64,000 nucleotides of DNA from Octopus sinensis. Lineage: Eukaryota. The translations under genes and the position numbers were made by a program. This document shows, piece by piece, positions 1 through 12,990 of the stretch; the first letter of the stretch is position 1; the number at the start of each line of letters is the position of its first letter. The DNA is taken from contig NC_042997.1 in the NCBI RefSeq assembly GCF_006345805.1, forward strand, positions 103,912,001-103,976,000. Reading direction: 5' to 3'. The notes beneath the pieces were generated by a model. The model searched no databases. It had not been told where the DNA came from and worked only from the letters and a program-made list of their open reading frames with translations.

Positions 1-1844
1 TGAAAAGCAAATTGCACTAAGGCAGAATTTAAGCACAAAATAGAAAATTGCCCAGTGAAAACGACGAAAATCACTACTCATCTGAAGAAATAGTTAATCA
101 GCTTCGAGGTGGCTCTTATTGTTATTTTTCTTCTTCATATATTTCAATAAAAATGTGTCACGAATATCTGAGAAATCAATGAGGTTCTGTACTATTCAAA
201 GTAATAATAATAATGAGCAATGTTACCTCTTAAACTGTAGAACATTTTTGATATTTTTGTAAAGTGAGATACGAATTAGTGATTTCCAGACGTTTCATAA
301 ATATATTTAAAAGGGAAATGAATTATATAAAAAATCGAAACCTACTTATGGATTCTAATGATATGAAATGATGCTTTACTGTTGGTCTAGAATGTTCACT
401 AGACTTGACTCGCTATTTCATTAGCATCCAAGAGATATTCAATAGGTGGAAGTATACGATGGAAGATAATATCTCTTCTGTTGTATTTGATCTGAGAAAT
501 TAAAGCAAAACTTTATATAATATAAAGTGTCTAATCTGATGATTGTCAGTCTCAAGGTCAATACTATCTTCCATTGTTATATCAATCCTCATATGGACTG
601 GAATATTGCTTACAGCTGTTTATAGATGATTGATTAAACCCAATATATTTCATGTTTTATGTTTTACACTCAGAAAAGACGAAATTCAAAATCAACACCG
701 ACATGATAGATTCTTTGATAGATTCTTACCTGTTGCAGTTTGGTATTTTGCGCCGGTTCTACCCCAAATAAGTAGACATAAGATTAAAGATTATCAAACT
801 TAAACTATTCCATCTGTTTAGGAGTATAGTGAACTATCTTATCTATCTTAAGATATCCTTATTTAAGAAGGTAAACTATTCAATGAGTTCATGACAGTAG
901 CCTTATAGTCGACTGAGTATTTCTCAATATGTCTGGTTGTTAAAATATAAATTAGGTTAAATCGTAACGTCGAATCCATCAGGATTCGCAGTGAGAGAAC
1001 GTAAAGCAACAAATTTAAATAAGAGTATGTTACACGATTTTTGATCTTGGGTAGAAACTGCTATTTCCTGTTTGCTTACCCCGCCAGAAAGAAAGAAAAT
1101 TGGTTGATATTTCTTTCAAACTGTGCTTTTGTTACATTTATTTAAACCACAAAAAATTCCTTTCAAACACATAGCCATGTTGCTCCCCTATTACTCCTGC
1201 TCATTATCAGAGATGCACATATTGTCAACCACTAAAGGGCATGCTCAAGTGGTCAAGCAACGGACAAGGAAATCTGTGGTATTGAGCAGAATATTTGCTA
1301 TAGCAATATTTCTGCTTCAACAACTCAGCACTAAATCTGTCTGAAATGTAATGGAGGATAAGCCAGTTTCAAAACATTGATGTCCAGGTCACAAAGCAAA
1401 GACTGAAGGGAATAGTTGTCATTTGATTTCTAAATAGAAGCAAATAAGAAATAACGCTCATTGACCAAAGCAAAAAGGAAATAAAAAAATTTGTTACACA
1501 GGGTAATTTGAATGCATTTCGCTCAGCGCTTGTTGCATCAAAAACCATACGGCGACAAATAATGATACGTCTTAAGCGTTCTAATTTAAATGCACGAATC
1601 CATTTCAGATGACTGGGATCCACAAGGTGGTTTCGTGTTTTATACGATATTTAATCTCCCACTCAACCTTCAAATACCTTTAAGAAACATGATTCTAGGT
1701 TACGAAAATTAACGTAAACATGACAGGACTTGAAATCAGAATGTAATGGTTAGAAACTACATAAATATCAGTCTTTAGTTCGCCTTTCTATCATTGTAGC
1801 TCTTAGCTAACCATATCTACGTCTGAAACAACGATATATATATA

Positions 1845-1904
<60 letters not shown>

Positions 1905-1908
1905 TATA

Positions 1909-1950
<42 letters not shown>

Positions 1951-2825
1951 TATATACATATAAGCAAAGTAACGCAAAGCAAAACAAAAAGCCCAACAAT
2001 ATCGTTAATCGTGTACAAAGGAAAAGAACAACATTATGAACTACAGGGAGGAAGGAAAGGAAGAGAAAAGAAACAAAGAGAAGTAAACACATCACTTGTG
2101 GTAACAATAACAACGGTAACAATTGATAGAGAGAATATAAAGAAAATTGTATATGTAATATACCTGACAATTCAGATTACGTTGCTAAGAACCGGTTTTA
2201 TGGGAAAATACTCTCTCTACAATCAGTTCGCCTATGATTATGTTATGCTAGTCAATAAACGTACATATATGTACACGCACGCACACACACACACACACGC
2301 ATACATATATAAAATATATGTAAATATAAGTGTGTTCATCTAAGTGTGCATATATGCACGTTTATGCAAATACGTCCGTAAATATATATATATATGTGTG
2401 TGTGTGTGGGTGTGGGTGTATGTATGTATCTGTGTGGGTGTGTCTGTAGGTGTATAAGTATATGAGAAAAAGTAGCTACTTACTTCTACACAAATATATG
2501 CACATACACAAATGTATGTATATCGTGTTTCTTTATTCAAACAGTGAAACATTGGAGCTAAAAACACATTGCATACAGACACACCAAAAAACAAACGCAC
2601 GCAAATATACATTCCCTTGTATCTAAGACTTTCTCTTTCACTCTCCCTCTTTCAGTCTGTCTTTTACTCTCTCTCTCTTTCACTCACCCTCTCTCTCTTT
2701 CACTATCTCTCTCTGTATATACCTATCACTATCAATGTATCTATCTATGTGTACATAATGATATGTAGTTATACTTTTATAGATCTATGTAGAGAAATAG
2801 ATATAGATCTATGTGTACAAAGAAA

Positions 2826-2864
<39 letters not shown>

Positions 2865-2871
2865 TATATAT

Positions 2872-2920
<49 letters not shown>

Positions 2921-2979
2921 ATATGCTTACATATATATAAACACATCTATCTATCTATCCATCCATCCATCCATCTATC

Positions 2980-3012
<33 letters not shown>

Positions 3013-3023
3013 TAATATATATA

Positions 3024-3065
<42 letters not shown>

Positions 3066-3134
3066 TGTATATATATTAGTGTGTGTGTATATATATATAG
3101 GGAGAGAGAAAGAGAAAGGGAGAGATAAATGTTA

Positions 3135-3534
3135 TACTCTTTACTTGTTTCAGTCATTTGACTGCGGCCATGCTGAAGCACCGCCTTTAATCGAGCAAAT
3201 CGACCCCAGGACTTATTCTTTGTAAGCCCAGTACTTATTTTATCGGTCTCTTTTGCCGAACCGCTAAGTAACGGGCACATAAACACACCAGCATCGGTTG
3301 TCAAGCAATGCTAGGGGGACAAACACAGACACACAAACACATACACACACACACATATATATATACATATATACGACAGGCTTCTTTCAGTTTCTGTCTA
3401 CCAAATCCACTCACAAGGCTTTGGTCGGCCCGAGGCTATAGTAGAAGACACTTACCCAAGGTGCCACGCAGTGGGACTGAACCCGGAACCATGTGGTTGG
3501 TAAACAAGCTACTTACCACACAGCCACTCCTGCG
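3135..3534 (-). mobile_element. tRNA-derived SINE, family A, near full length
   Basis: Minus strand starts CGCAGGAGTGGCTGTGTGGTAAG (A-box-like) with GGTTCAGTCCC (B-box-like), CCTTGGGTAAGTGTC central motif, internal CA/TA tract and (AAAGAGTA)-like tail; many homologous copies in window. Confidence 0.9.
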
Positions 3535-3574
3535 GTTTATGTTTATATACGTATATGTTGTGTGTGCGTGTGCG

Positions 3575-3778
3575 CTGTGTTTTTCTACCATCACTGCTTG
3601 ATAACTGATGTTTGGGGTGTTTACATCCCCGTAATTTAGCTGCTCAGCAAAAGACACCGATAAAATAAGTATCAGGCTTTTAAAAAATGCAAGTGCTGGG
3701 GTCGATTCGTTCTACAAAAAATTCTCCACGATGGAGCCCCAGCATGGTCAGTGTCTAATACCTGAAACAAGTACAAGA
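3575..3778 (+). mobile_element. Diverged 3' half of family A SINE
   Basis: GTGTTTACATCCCCGTAA...GGGGTCGATT...CTGAAACAAGTA aligns to the 3' half of the 3135-3534 copy in opposite orientation. Confidence 0.75.
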
Positions 3779-4894
3779 TATATATATGCTTATATAAACA
3801 TATCTGCGTGTATGTATATGTGTATGTATGAGTGAGCGTATGTGCGTTGGCTTGACTGTCAGTGTGTAAGGCTATCAATATGTACGGAGGCTGTATTTAT
3901 ACATCGATGCAGATTTGCCTCACTGACGTAAAAGAACTCGTTTAAGCCGAAAACAACAAGTTATTTAGTGATGATTGACATTTCAGACAAGACTTGTACA
4001 ACGATATTTACATACGATGACCATTGTAAGATTAACTCCATCGACAGAGACTTAACAGGAAACAGTATTAATGTAAGTTAAACTGTTTTCCTTAAAGGAT
4101 ATTCTTAATTAAAATACGTATTTGTATGACGCAGCCAAATTGATTGGTACGTCGCCATTTATACAAGCTCTATTGCTTACATCATTTTCTTTTCCCCTCT
4201 TGATCGAAAGATAACTGTTTAACTATGTCTTTTCCAAATATACACTCCTAATCTGACTTAATAGATAAACATATCTATATATGGAGACCCCTTGTTTTGC
4301 CATGTTTTTATATCCTCCACTCATCCACCTCTACACACAAGTATTTATATGTAAGTATGTATGTATGCATGTAGGTATGTAGGTATGTATATATTACTCA
4401 AACACAAAACAGACACAGAGATATATGTGTGTGTATGTAAGTGAATACATACATACATACATACACTCACACATGCACACATATAAATATGAACGCATAA
4501 CCAACTTTGGTCTCAGTATATATTTTAATTCATGATAACATACCCATCACTGTACATATTTCATCACGCTACTTTAGCATTTGAGTTTTGTATATACATT
4601 TATCCGCTCTCCGAAAGATGAGCAATTAGTTACCCTGTCTACTATATTGACATTCACCAAATACATCCATTCGAGTTTTCTACTTTTTGACTCATTCATT
4701 CACAAACTTCTCCACACACGATTTGGACTAAAATCTTAAGAAAATACGAAATTGCTAAAATGTCAATGTCATGATTAGCTAAAGTGAAACTGGTCGACAA
4801 ACACAATAGTCTTTCACTTATATATAAAAAAAATGTACTAAATTATGTAAACGTTGTGCATTTTCTTTCTTTTATTTTATATAAATATATTTTG

Positions 4895-4943
4895 CATTAC
4901 ATCTCACGACGTGGGGATAATTGAAAATCTACTATATATATAT

Positions 4944-5006
<63 letters not shown>

Positions 5007-5067
5007 GAGAGAGAAACAAAAAGTGGGTAGTAGATTTTCGATTATCCCCGGGTGGTGAGATGTAATG
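4895..5067. repeat. 40-bp inverted repeat flanking a TA/GA microsatellite (MITE-like)
   Basis: 4895-4934 CATTACATCTCACGACGTGGGGATAATTGAAAATCTACTA vs reverse complement of 5028-5067, 4 mismatches. Confidence 0.75.
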
Positions 5068-5134
5068 TAATCGCTGACAGAGTTTTACTATGCTTCTATA
5101 TAATTCATTCCGATTTGTTTTTCTTGTGCGATGC

Positions 5135-5551
5135 GTAAATTGTCGCCATTTTATATTCTAATTTCGCGCACACGCATTCTGTGTTTTTCATTTTGTCGAC
5201 TACACAGTAAAATAAGGGTCAGTTGGGCACCGTCTGAAAGAAAAACAATACCATGATGCGATTCACTCTGTCATAAATTTGGAAACGACATACTGCACTG
5301 CTTGGCATTCACGCCGGAAGTTTCAGTACAATCATTTCAGAGTGTTTGGGTGTCAGTCTGAGGACAGCGCAATGTGAGTAATAAAAATCAAACAACCAGT
5401 CAACATTATGGTGTTTGGAGTGATCACTAGTGATGGCGACGTTATCCCTCCAATCATCTTTCCACACGGCCTGACACTCAACACGGAGGTCTACATTAAC
5501 TGTCTGGAAGAGGTAGTGCTGCCCGGATGAAGAAAGTGGCTGCTGGAAGTC

Positions 5552-5555
<4 letters not shown>
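5135..5555 (+). mobile_element. Internally deleted Tc1/mariner-superfamily relic (maT/DD37D-like transposase fragment)
   Basis: About 5378-5555 translates to KIKQPVNIMVFGVITSDGDVIPPIIFPHGLTLNTEVYINCLEEVVLP; the 5' non-coding part (GGGTCAGTTGGGCACCGTCT) recurs at 12107-12251. Confidence 0.7.
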
Positions 5556-5584
<29 letters not shown>

Positions 5585-5733
5585 AGGGACGGTGACGTTG
5601 ATGTTCGCCTGGGGCTAAATGCAACAGTGACACCCCCACCACCCTGCCCTGTCCCTAGCCATATTCAGTTGGCTAATGTCCCTTATATTATGGAGCAGTC
5701 ACTGTCTATATCTCATTTAGAGAATTATTATTG

Positions 5734-5776
<43 letters not shown>

Positions 5777-5779
<3 letters not shown>

Positions 5780-6086
5780 GGCGCAATGGCCTAGTGGTCA
5801 GGGCTGCGGACTCGCGGTCGTAGGATCGCGGTTTCGATTCCCAGACCGGGCGTTGTGAGTGTTTTTTGAGCGAAAACACCTAAAGCTCCACGAGGCTCCG
5901 GCAGGGGGTGGTGGCAATCCCTGCTGTACTCTTTCGCCACAACTTTCTCTCACTCTTTCTTCTGTTGGCCTGCTCGCTTAGCCAGCGGCGTGGCGTCATT
6001 TGAAGGCTAAAACAATGCGAAGTGCTTTGTGACCAGCGATGTGTAACAACATCTGATGGCCTGGTCGGTCACGGTGATCACGGTGA
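5777..6086 (+). mobile_element. tRNA-derived SINE, family B, full length, in (TA)n
   Basis: GGAGGCGCAATGGCCTAGTGG (A box), GGTTTCGATTCCC (B box), tail ending GGTCACGGTGA; (TA)n on both sides; homologous copies at 18850, 35263, 53268, 59817. Confidence 0.9.
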
Positions 6087-6108
6087 TATATATATATATA
6101 TATATATA

Positions 6109-6375
6109 TGTCTTACAAACAACTTGCACATGCAAGTGCTACCAGTCAAAAACTCCGTATACCGGAAGTGTATGGGGTCATCAGGAGAGAATGTGCGCCG
6201 TTTCGGGGCCTACCCCTCGACGGCATCAATGAGAACCGTCCCCCTCACTGATATGAGGCCCCGCTTGCTAGATCAGCTGGTTATCAAATAAAGCTCAATA
6301 TCCCTCTAGCCATCGGTCATCATCTCTTTTTAACCAAATCCAGCGGCTAGCCTTCTCCACTGTAGATTGGATATC
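6109..6375 (-). mobile_element. 3' end (C-terminus plus 3' UTR) of an RLE-type non-LTR retrotransposon, HERO-like
   Basis: Minus strand encodes TVEKASRWIWLKRDDDRWLEGY*, resembling the AEKASRWLWLKR C-terminus of HERO/NeSL-group LINEs; 3' end abuts (TA)n. Confidence 0.6.
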
Positions 6376-6401
6376 GGTCATGGTGGTCATGGTATATATA
6401 T

Positions 6402-6487
<86 letters not shown>

Positions 6488-6488
<1 letters not shown>

Positions 6489-7699
6489 GAGGGGCGTTCA
6501 ATAAGTAATGCCCCTGACCCACTTCCCAGAGCGGTAGAGCAACGAAACTTGGCACAGTTATTAGTCTTTTTCTACATAGGAACCACCCAGAGTTACGCAT
6601 TTCTCCCATTGCTTGATGCAGCTCTGGAGACCGTTTTTGTAGAATACCCCAGCTTGGTCCTCCAACCTGAACGTGACTTCAGAAATCAAGGCTGCATCAT
6701 CTGGGAAACGCTTTCCTTTCAAAAACAACTTCATGACTGGGAAGAGGTGAAAATCAGAGGGTGCAAGGTCAGGAAAGTAGGGGGATGGGGGAGGAGTTCA
6801 TAGCCATACGCCTGTGCTTCTGATCTGGCGACAAGCGAGTTGTGGACCGGAGCGTTATCCTGCAGGAGGAGGATGCCTTTGCTGATCTTGCCCCGCCTCT
6901 TGATTTTGATAACTTCTCTTAATTTCCTCAAAAGTGAAGCATAATAGGCTCCTGCAATTGTGGTACCCTTTGCCAGGAAATCTGTCATCACTACTCCGTC
7001 CTGGTCCCAGAAGACTGTGAGCATGACCTTGCCAGCGGAAGGCTGCACCCTTGCCTTCTTTGGAGGGGGTGAGTCACGGTGCTTCCACTGCATTGACTGG
7101 GCTTTGGTCTCTGGATCATCGTGATGGACCCAGGTTTCATCCTGTGTAATCAGTCTTTTGAAAAATTTTGACTCATCTTCTTGGTACATCTCCAAATTCA
7201 CCCTCGAGCACTCGACGCGTTCTTGCTTCTGGAAAGGCGTGAGTAACCTGGGAATCCATCTGGCAGACACCTTTTGCATATGCAAATGGTCATGAATGAT
7301 AGTTTCCACAGACCCAGTACTAATCTTGACCTCATGGGCTATTTGGCGAATAATTATGCGTCGATCTTCCAAAATGGCAGCCTCAACTTGACGGACAGAT
7401 GCCAGCGTTTTACAAGATCATATGATGGGGCATCATCACCATAAGTTACTTTCATTTCATCAAAAGTCTCCCGTGGTGTGCGTCCTTTCAAATACAAAAA
7501 CCGGATCACTGCTCCACACTCAACAGGCTCCATTTCACACTTGACTCGGTTCAAACACCTGTAAACAAGAAACCACAATTAATTCAGAGCTGTAATTTGC
7601 CACTTACTTTATAGAGATATAAATGATTGCACATGCAAAATTTCAGCTAGATCAAACAACTGCAAGTGGGTCAGAGGCATTACTTATTGAACGTCCCTC

Positions 7700-7700
<1 letters not shown>
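6488..7700 (-). mobile_element. mariner DNA transposon (DD34D type), both TIRs present
   Basis: 37-bp TIRs CGAGGGGCGTTCAATAAGTAATGCCCCTGACCCACTT (6488-6524) and 7664-7700 with 2 mismatches; TA on both flanks; inserted in (TA)n. Confidence 0.95.
6561..7533 (-). pseudogene. mariner transposase pseudogene
   Basis: Motifs WIPRLL, ITQDETW, LQDNAPVH, HPP/YFPDLAPSDF, stop at 6561-6563; deletion plus frameshift after KRWH (~7400) and frameshift at HPP (~6780). Confidence 0.92.
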
Positions 7701-7752
<52 letters not shown>

Positions 7753-8479
7753 ATACATAGAAATGTATACACTTATATATAAATACATACATACATACAG
7801 ACAGACATATATGTGTGTGCACGTATGTATTTCTGTGTATGTGCTTGCGCGCTTCCGTATGTGCCTCCATATCAGTTATATAATATCATTCACGAGAAAA
7901 AAAACAGGTGTATACTACCTAAATATAAAGTTTATTTTAGAAGGAATGTCGCAACTGATTTTCGGTCCCACACTTGAAATCGTTTTGTATCTGCATGTCT
8001 GTAAACGTGGGCATACTTTTAACAATATGCACCGATGTAATTATATAATTGATTAAGTTGTCTGCGGTTGTACTGTTATGCTAATTAAGAAAAGGTCAGA
8101 TTTAAATGAATTGGCGTATACATAATATAACTATATGAATTAAACATTTTTCTCAATAGACGAGAAAAGAATTATCGAAGTTATTTTAGGTGTTAATAAC
8201 AACTGAAAATAACCATTTTTTTACAGATTTACCAGGCACTGAGAGAAAATCCTGTAGTAAACCACGTTTCTTAATATTCACTCATTATCTCTTAATTGTA
8301 AGTTTAATAACATCGCATGCTCAGGACTTCACCTTCGATTCCAACAAATTATGCATTTCATATAATGCTTCTTTTAATGCACTCATAGACAACATACATA
8401 CACACACAAACGCACATGCACACAGGCACACACAAATATGTAAATATATATTTATATATGTACATATAAGAGTTATATA

Positions 8480-9541
8480 TTCGTTCTAAAATGCTACAGG
8501 AAATATGAAAACGCAACTGAAGTGCAAAGGCAGTTTAGGAGGGTGTTTCAGACAGATTCACCAACGCGACTTACCATCATTCGAATTAGAGATAAGTGTG
8601 AAGCCGATGGAACTGTTCACAAGAGTTCTGCAAGACCACAAATATCAACAACCTTCACAAAGCAAAAATGAGTGCTGGAAACGTATCACCAAGCATTTTG
8701 AAGCGTTGTCAAGGGAAAAGTTACATTCCAAGGTCAGTCTATGCTATTAATGACAATGATCCAGACCGAAGAGTGAAGTATTTCGAGTGATACTTGGCAC
8801 GATGCGAAGAAGCACATTTTTCAACAAAGATTGTGTGGAGCGATGAGGCCACATACAGATTAAATGGTTCAATTAACTGGCACAATTGCACCTACTGGGG
8901 ACATGAGAATCCGTATGTTATGGTGGAACACCAAGTTAATTTATTAGGCGTTATAGTGTGGTGTGGCTTATCATCAAGAAGATTAATTGGACCATTCTGT
9001 TTTGACGCTACTATGACTGGTCCCGTTTACTTGAACTTGCTGCAACAGTCAGTCCTGCCAAGCATTAGAGAAGACTTTGAAGATGAGGAGTTTTATTTTC
9101 AGCAAGATGGGGCACCCCACACTACCATTGTGATGTTATATCCTTCCTTGAGGAGATCTTGGCAAACAGGTGAATTAGACTAAGGGGTTCCCTTGAATAC
9201 CCTTCGCATTCAACATACCTCACACCACAAGACATTTTTATGGGGATACCTAAAAGACAAAGTCTACGTTATGAAACCTGCATCACTTGCTGATTTGAGA
9301 GCAGCCATTGACCGAGAATGCACACAAAGGTCAAGCGAATTGTTTCGTGATGTTTGCTATTCCATTGCTTCGCGTTTTCAGCAGTGCCTGGACGAGAGCG
9401 GACATCAGTTTGAAAACAGACGTTGACAAAACAATAAAATAATGTCTGTAAGACTCTATTAAATTTTGGAAATGAAATGTATTTTAATAAATACCTAGTT
9501 TATAATTATTTAAAGTGTGTATACATTTCTTTGGACACCAT
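8480..9541 (+). mobile_element. Decayed Tc1/mariner-superfamily transposon, DD41D (rosa/Visitor)-like
   Basis: VLKCYRKYENATEVQRQFRR N-terminal [34 protein letters not shown]; 41 residues between second and third Asp after restoring one frameshift; probable right TIR at ~9517-9541. Confidence 0.85.
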
Positions 9542-10727
9542 ATATATATACATCTGTACGTATGAAGACATACGAGCGCGCGCACACACACACACACACG
9601 ACTTGTCAAGTCAAATCTGTATTATCTCTAGAAATGTTTTTTTTATATTTCATATTAAGTCCTTTCTGTCCATTTCTGAACGAGACATCCTTTTAGTCTA
9701 TCAATGTTTCGAGAACTTCTCAGTCTTCTTAGTTGAGTATAACTAACATGGTAAAGCATTGCTTTCGTGTTTTTCGTGGGCAGAAAATGAACATGGGAAT
9801 GAGGATTAAATAAAATTCTGTAACCTGTTGCATCAGGTCTGTGCCGGCCACTTTTTTCTGGGATCTTCATGCATTTACAAGACTAAATTAATCTAGCAAG
9901 ATATTACAGTACACGAAAATTACGCGGTGGTAAAATATTTGTTAATATCAGAGGTATAATTATAAAAGATTTGACCAGTAAAACTACTTAGTAAGCGGTG
10001 TTGATAAAAGCAAAAAACAGTCCCAAATTATTTGATTACAATAGGGATGAAACAAATTATGGAACCTGGGAATAAGGAATACGATTTTGTCTGTTCTAGC
10101 ATTAATTCCATGAATCAATTACTGCCCAGTGCAAAACGCATCTACGATAAGTCACTACTATAATTTTGCAAAAACGATTAATTTTTGAAAGCCATGATAT
10201 ATAAATGGTCTTTATATTTAGTATGGAATTCGATTGTTCGATAATGAATATAGAGTATTAGGAGGGAAATCGGAAAATTCTTCAATAAATTATAAATGAT
10301 AAACTAGAACACAATTATATATCATCAATGTAACATACATACACGTACACAAACAGACACACACATACATATATGCATATATATATATATACACACGCAT
10401 ATATATATACATACGGACATATATATGTATGTATGCATATGCATATGTGTATATGTGTGCATGTATATGTATGTGTGTGCGTTCGCGCGCGCCTAGATAT
10501 GCGCGCGGGCGGGCGTAGGGGACAGCTGGTGATTCAGTCTGTTGTTACTCGGTAGGAATCGTCAGCTTCTTCTAAGAGATGTAAACTCAGCTCTACCTTT
10601 AGTGATTATTCTTTCCCTTATTGCAACCCCATAACATGCATATCAGAAAATATGTATGTATGTGTGTATATATAAATATCACAGTAACATTCACACACAT
10701 GTCTACATGTGCGTGTCTATATGGATA

Positions 10728-10800
<73 letters not shown>

Positions 10801-11151
10801 GCATAAACATACTTATGTATATATATACATAGGCAATTCTATACATATATATAGGTACATGTATGCATAGCAATACACATAAACTCTGTCTCACTCACGC
10901 ACACACACACATTGAGTGCCTATATAAATATATATATATACCTACATGCATATATATATGTATATATATATAGTGTGTGTATATATATATATCTATCTAT
11001 CTATATATATATATATATAATATATTATAATATATACATATATATATATATTATATATATATATATATGTATATATTATTATATATATGTGGTGTACGCA
11101 TGTTTGTGTGTATATATATATATGTGCACGCACACATACCCACGCACACAA

Positions 11152-11183
<32 letters not shown>

Positions 11184-11677
11184 CCACACCCATACACATC
11201 CATATACATATATTTTGCTTACTTATTTGAAGTGTCTGGAAAACTATTCCTAGAGTTAACTAAGCGGTACGAATTGAAAAACAATGTTTTGCATGATATC
11301 TCAGTTGGAATGATACCAACAATAACAACTTCTACTCCCACTACATTTTGCTCAATCTCTTTTCGTGTTCTACATCCTTATTTTGTTAAACAATGACAGT
11401 AATAGCATTGAGTATATAAGTGTTACAGAAGTATATGAAGTTTATCCTTTCTCTAATACTTTTTTTGCCGCTGTCTTCTCTTGCTCTCTTTGTAACAATT
11501 TAAAATTGATGATGTCTTTTGTCTTGTAACAGAAGGTATAGTGAAACGACATTTCAGTAATTCAGCTGAAAACATTATTAGTTTGTATTCAGTTTGTTCA
11601 TCTGCACAAATGCTTCTGGCGAATGTGTGTATACACATATATGTGTATGCGTGTGTGCATGTGTACATATGTGTTTG

Positions 11678-11748
<71 letters not shown>

Positions 11749-11750
11749 AC

Positions 11751-11804
<54 letters not shown>

Positions 11805-11837
11805 GTGTGTGTGCGTGTGTGTATATATATATATAAG

Positions 11838-11887
<50 letters not shown>

Positions 11888-11948
11888 TATACATACACAC
11901 ACACATATATATATATACACATACATATATACATGTATATATACACAT

Positions 11949-11985
<37 letters not shown>

Positions 11986-12027
11986 AATATATATACTCAA
12001 ACATACATATGATTAATATATATGTAC

Positions 12028-12077
<50 letters not shown>

Positions 12078-12106
12078 ATAGATATATACTCACACGCACA
12101 TAAATA

Positions 12107-12251
12107 CAGGGTGAGGTGTCGCCATTTCATATATTATATATTTATATTATAATTTGTCGCCCTTTCATATTTTTTATTTCGTAGATGCGCATTGTTTTTT
12201 TTTTTTAGTTTGTCGACTTCAGAGTATAGTAGGGTCAGTTGGGCACCGTCT
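12107..12251 (+). mobile_element. 5' terminal fragment of the maT-like element
   Basis: TA-CAGGGTG start and TTTGTCGAC...AGGGTCAGTTGGGCACCGTCT shared with 5135-5236. Confidence 0.6.
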
Positions 12252-12281
12252 ATCAGACGCAGTTCAATCTGCCAGAAAATT

Positions 12282-12990
12282 CATATAACATCTTGAATTT
12301 ACGCTTAAACTCGTAAAACATTTGGTATCTAGACTTATCAAAATAAAAGGCACACCACCTAAGCCTAGATATAAATTCGCTGGTCTTATGCAGGAGAGTT
12401 TCCATGTATAAGTTCTTCGATGGAAAAGGAATATTCCTGGTAGAAATGCCCAAGTATTGCTTCTCCATTATATCCAGTCTGTATTGTAGTGCTCCAAAGA
12501 GTCGAATAAATTACAAAATATAAAGTTATATCTTGAGATCGCTAGTGACAACAACGGCCAAATTATATAACAGACTGGAATAGTAGTGCTCAAATGAGCT
12601 GTATACACTTTTTAATCCGAGAGGAGGCAATGTGAGCAGCAACTATAAGAACACTACAAAATCCACACAAAGATCAAACACATACATATATTCATATATT
12701 CATTTATATCTACAGAACAGATATAATGCCCGACGTTTAAAAATATAGTAATATATAAATATATAAACATCATATAAAAATATATAAATATATAAGAGAA
12801 TCCATGTTGCATATCTAACACCTTGAATCTATGCTTAAACTCGTAAAACATTTGGTATCTGGACTTCAACAAACATCAGGTTTCATATACTCATGTACAC
12901 TTTTAACAATTATGTAGACTTTAAGATAAAAAGTACTTAGAGAGAAATATACCTGCAGGTACCCGGAGAAAGGTACTGTCAATAGCTTGA
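12282..12990 (-). mobile_element. Penelope-like element pLTR/N-terminal fragment with partial direct repeat
   Basis: ORF 12253-12468 MEKQYLGISTRNIPFPSKNLYMETLLHKTSEFISRLRWCAFYF matches the NIP..S..L..K...F..RLRW N-terminus of the PLE at 38450-39682; ~50-bp direct repeat 12286-12336 and 12816-12866. Confidence 0.7.

Noticed and set aside
6197-6224. SECIS element
   Set aside because: Tandem GA pairs are present but the upper helix is only 4 bp and there is no apical AA motif
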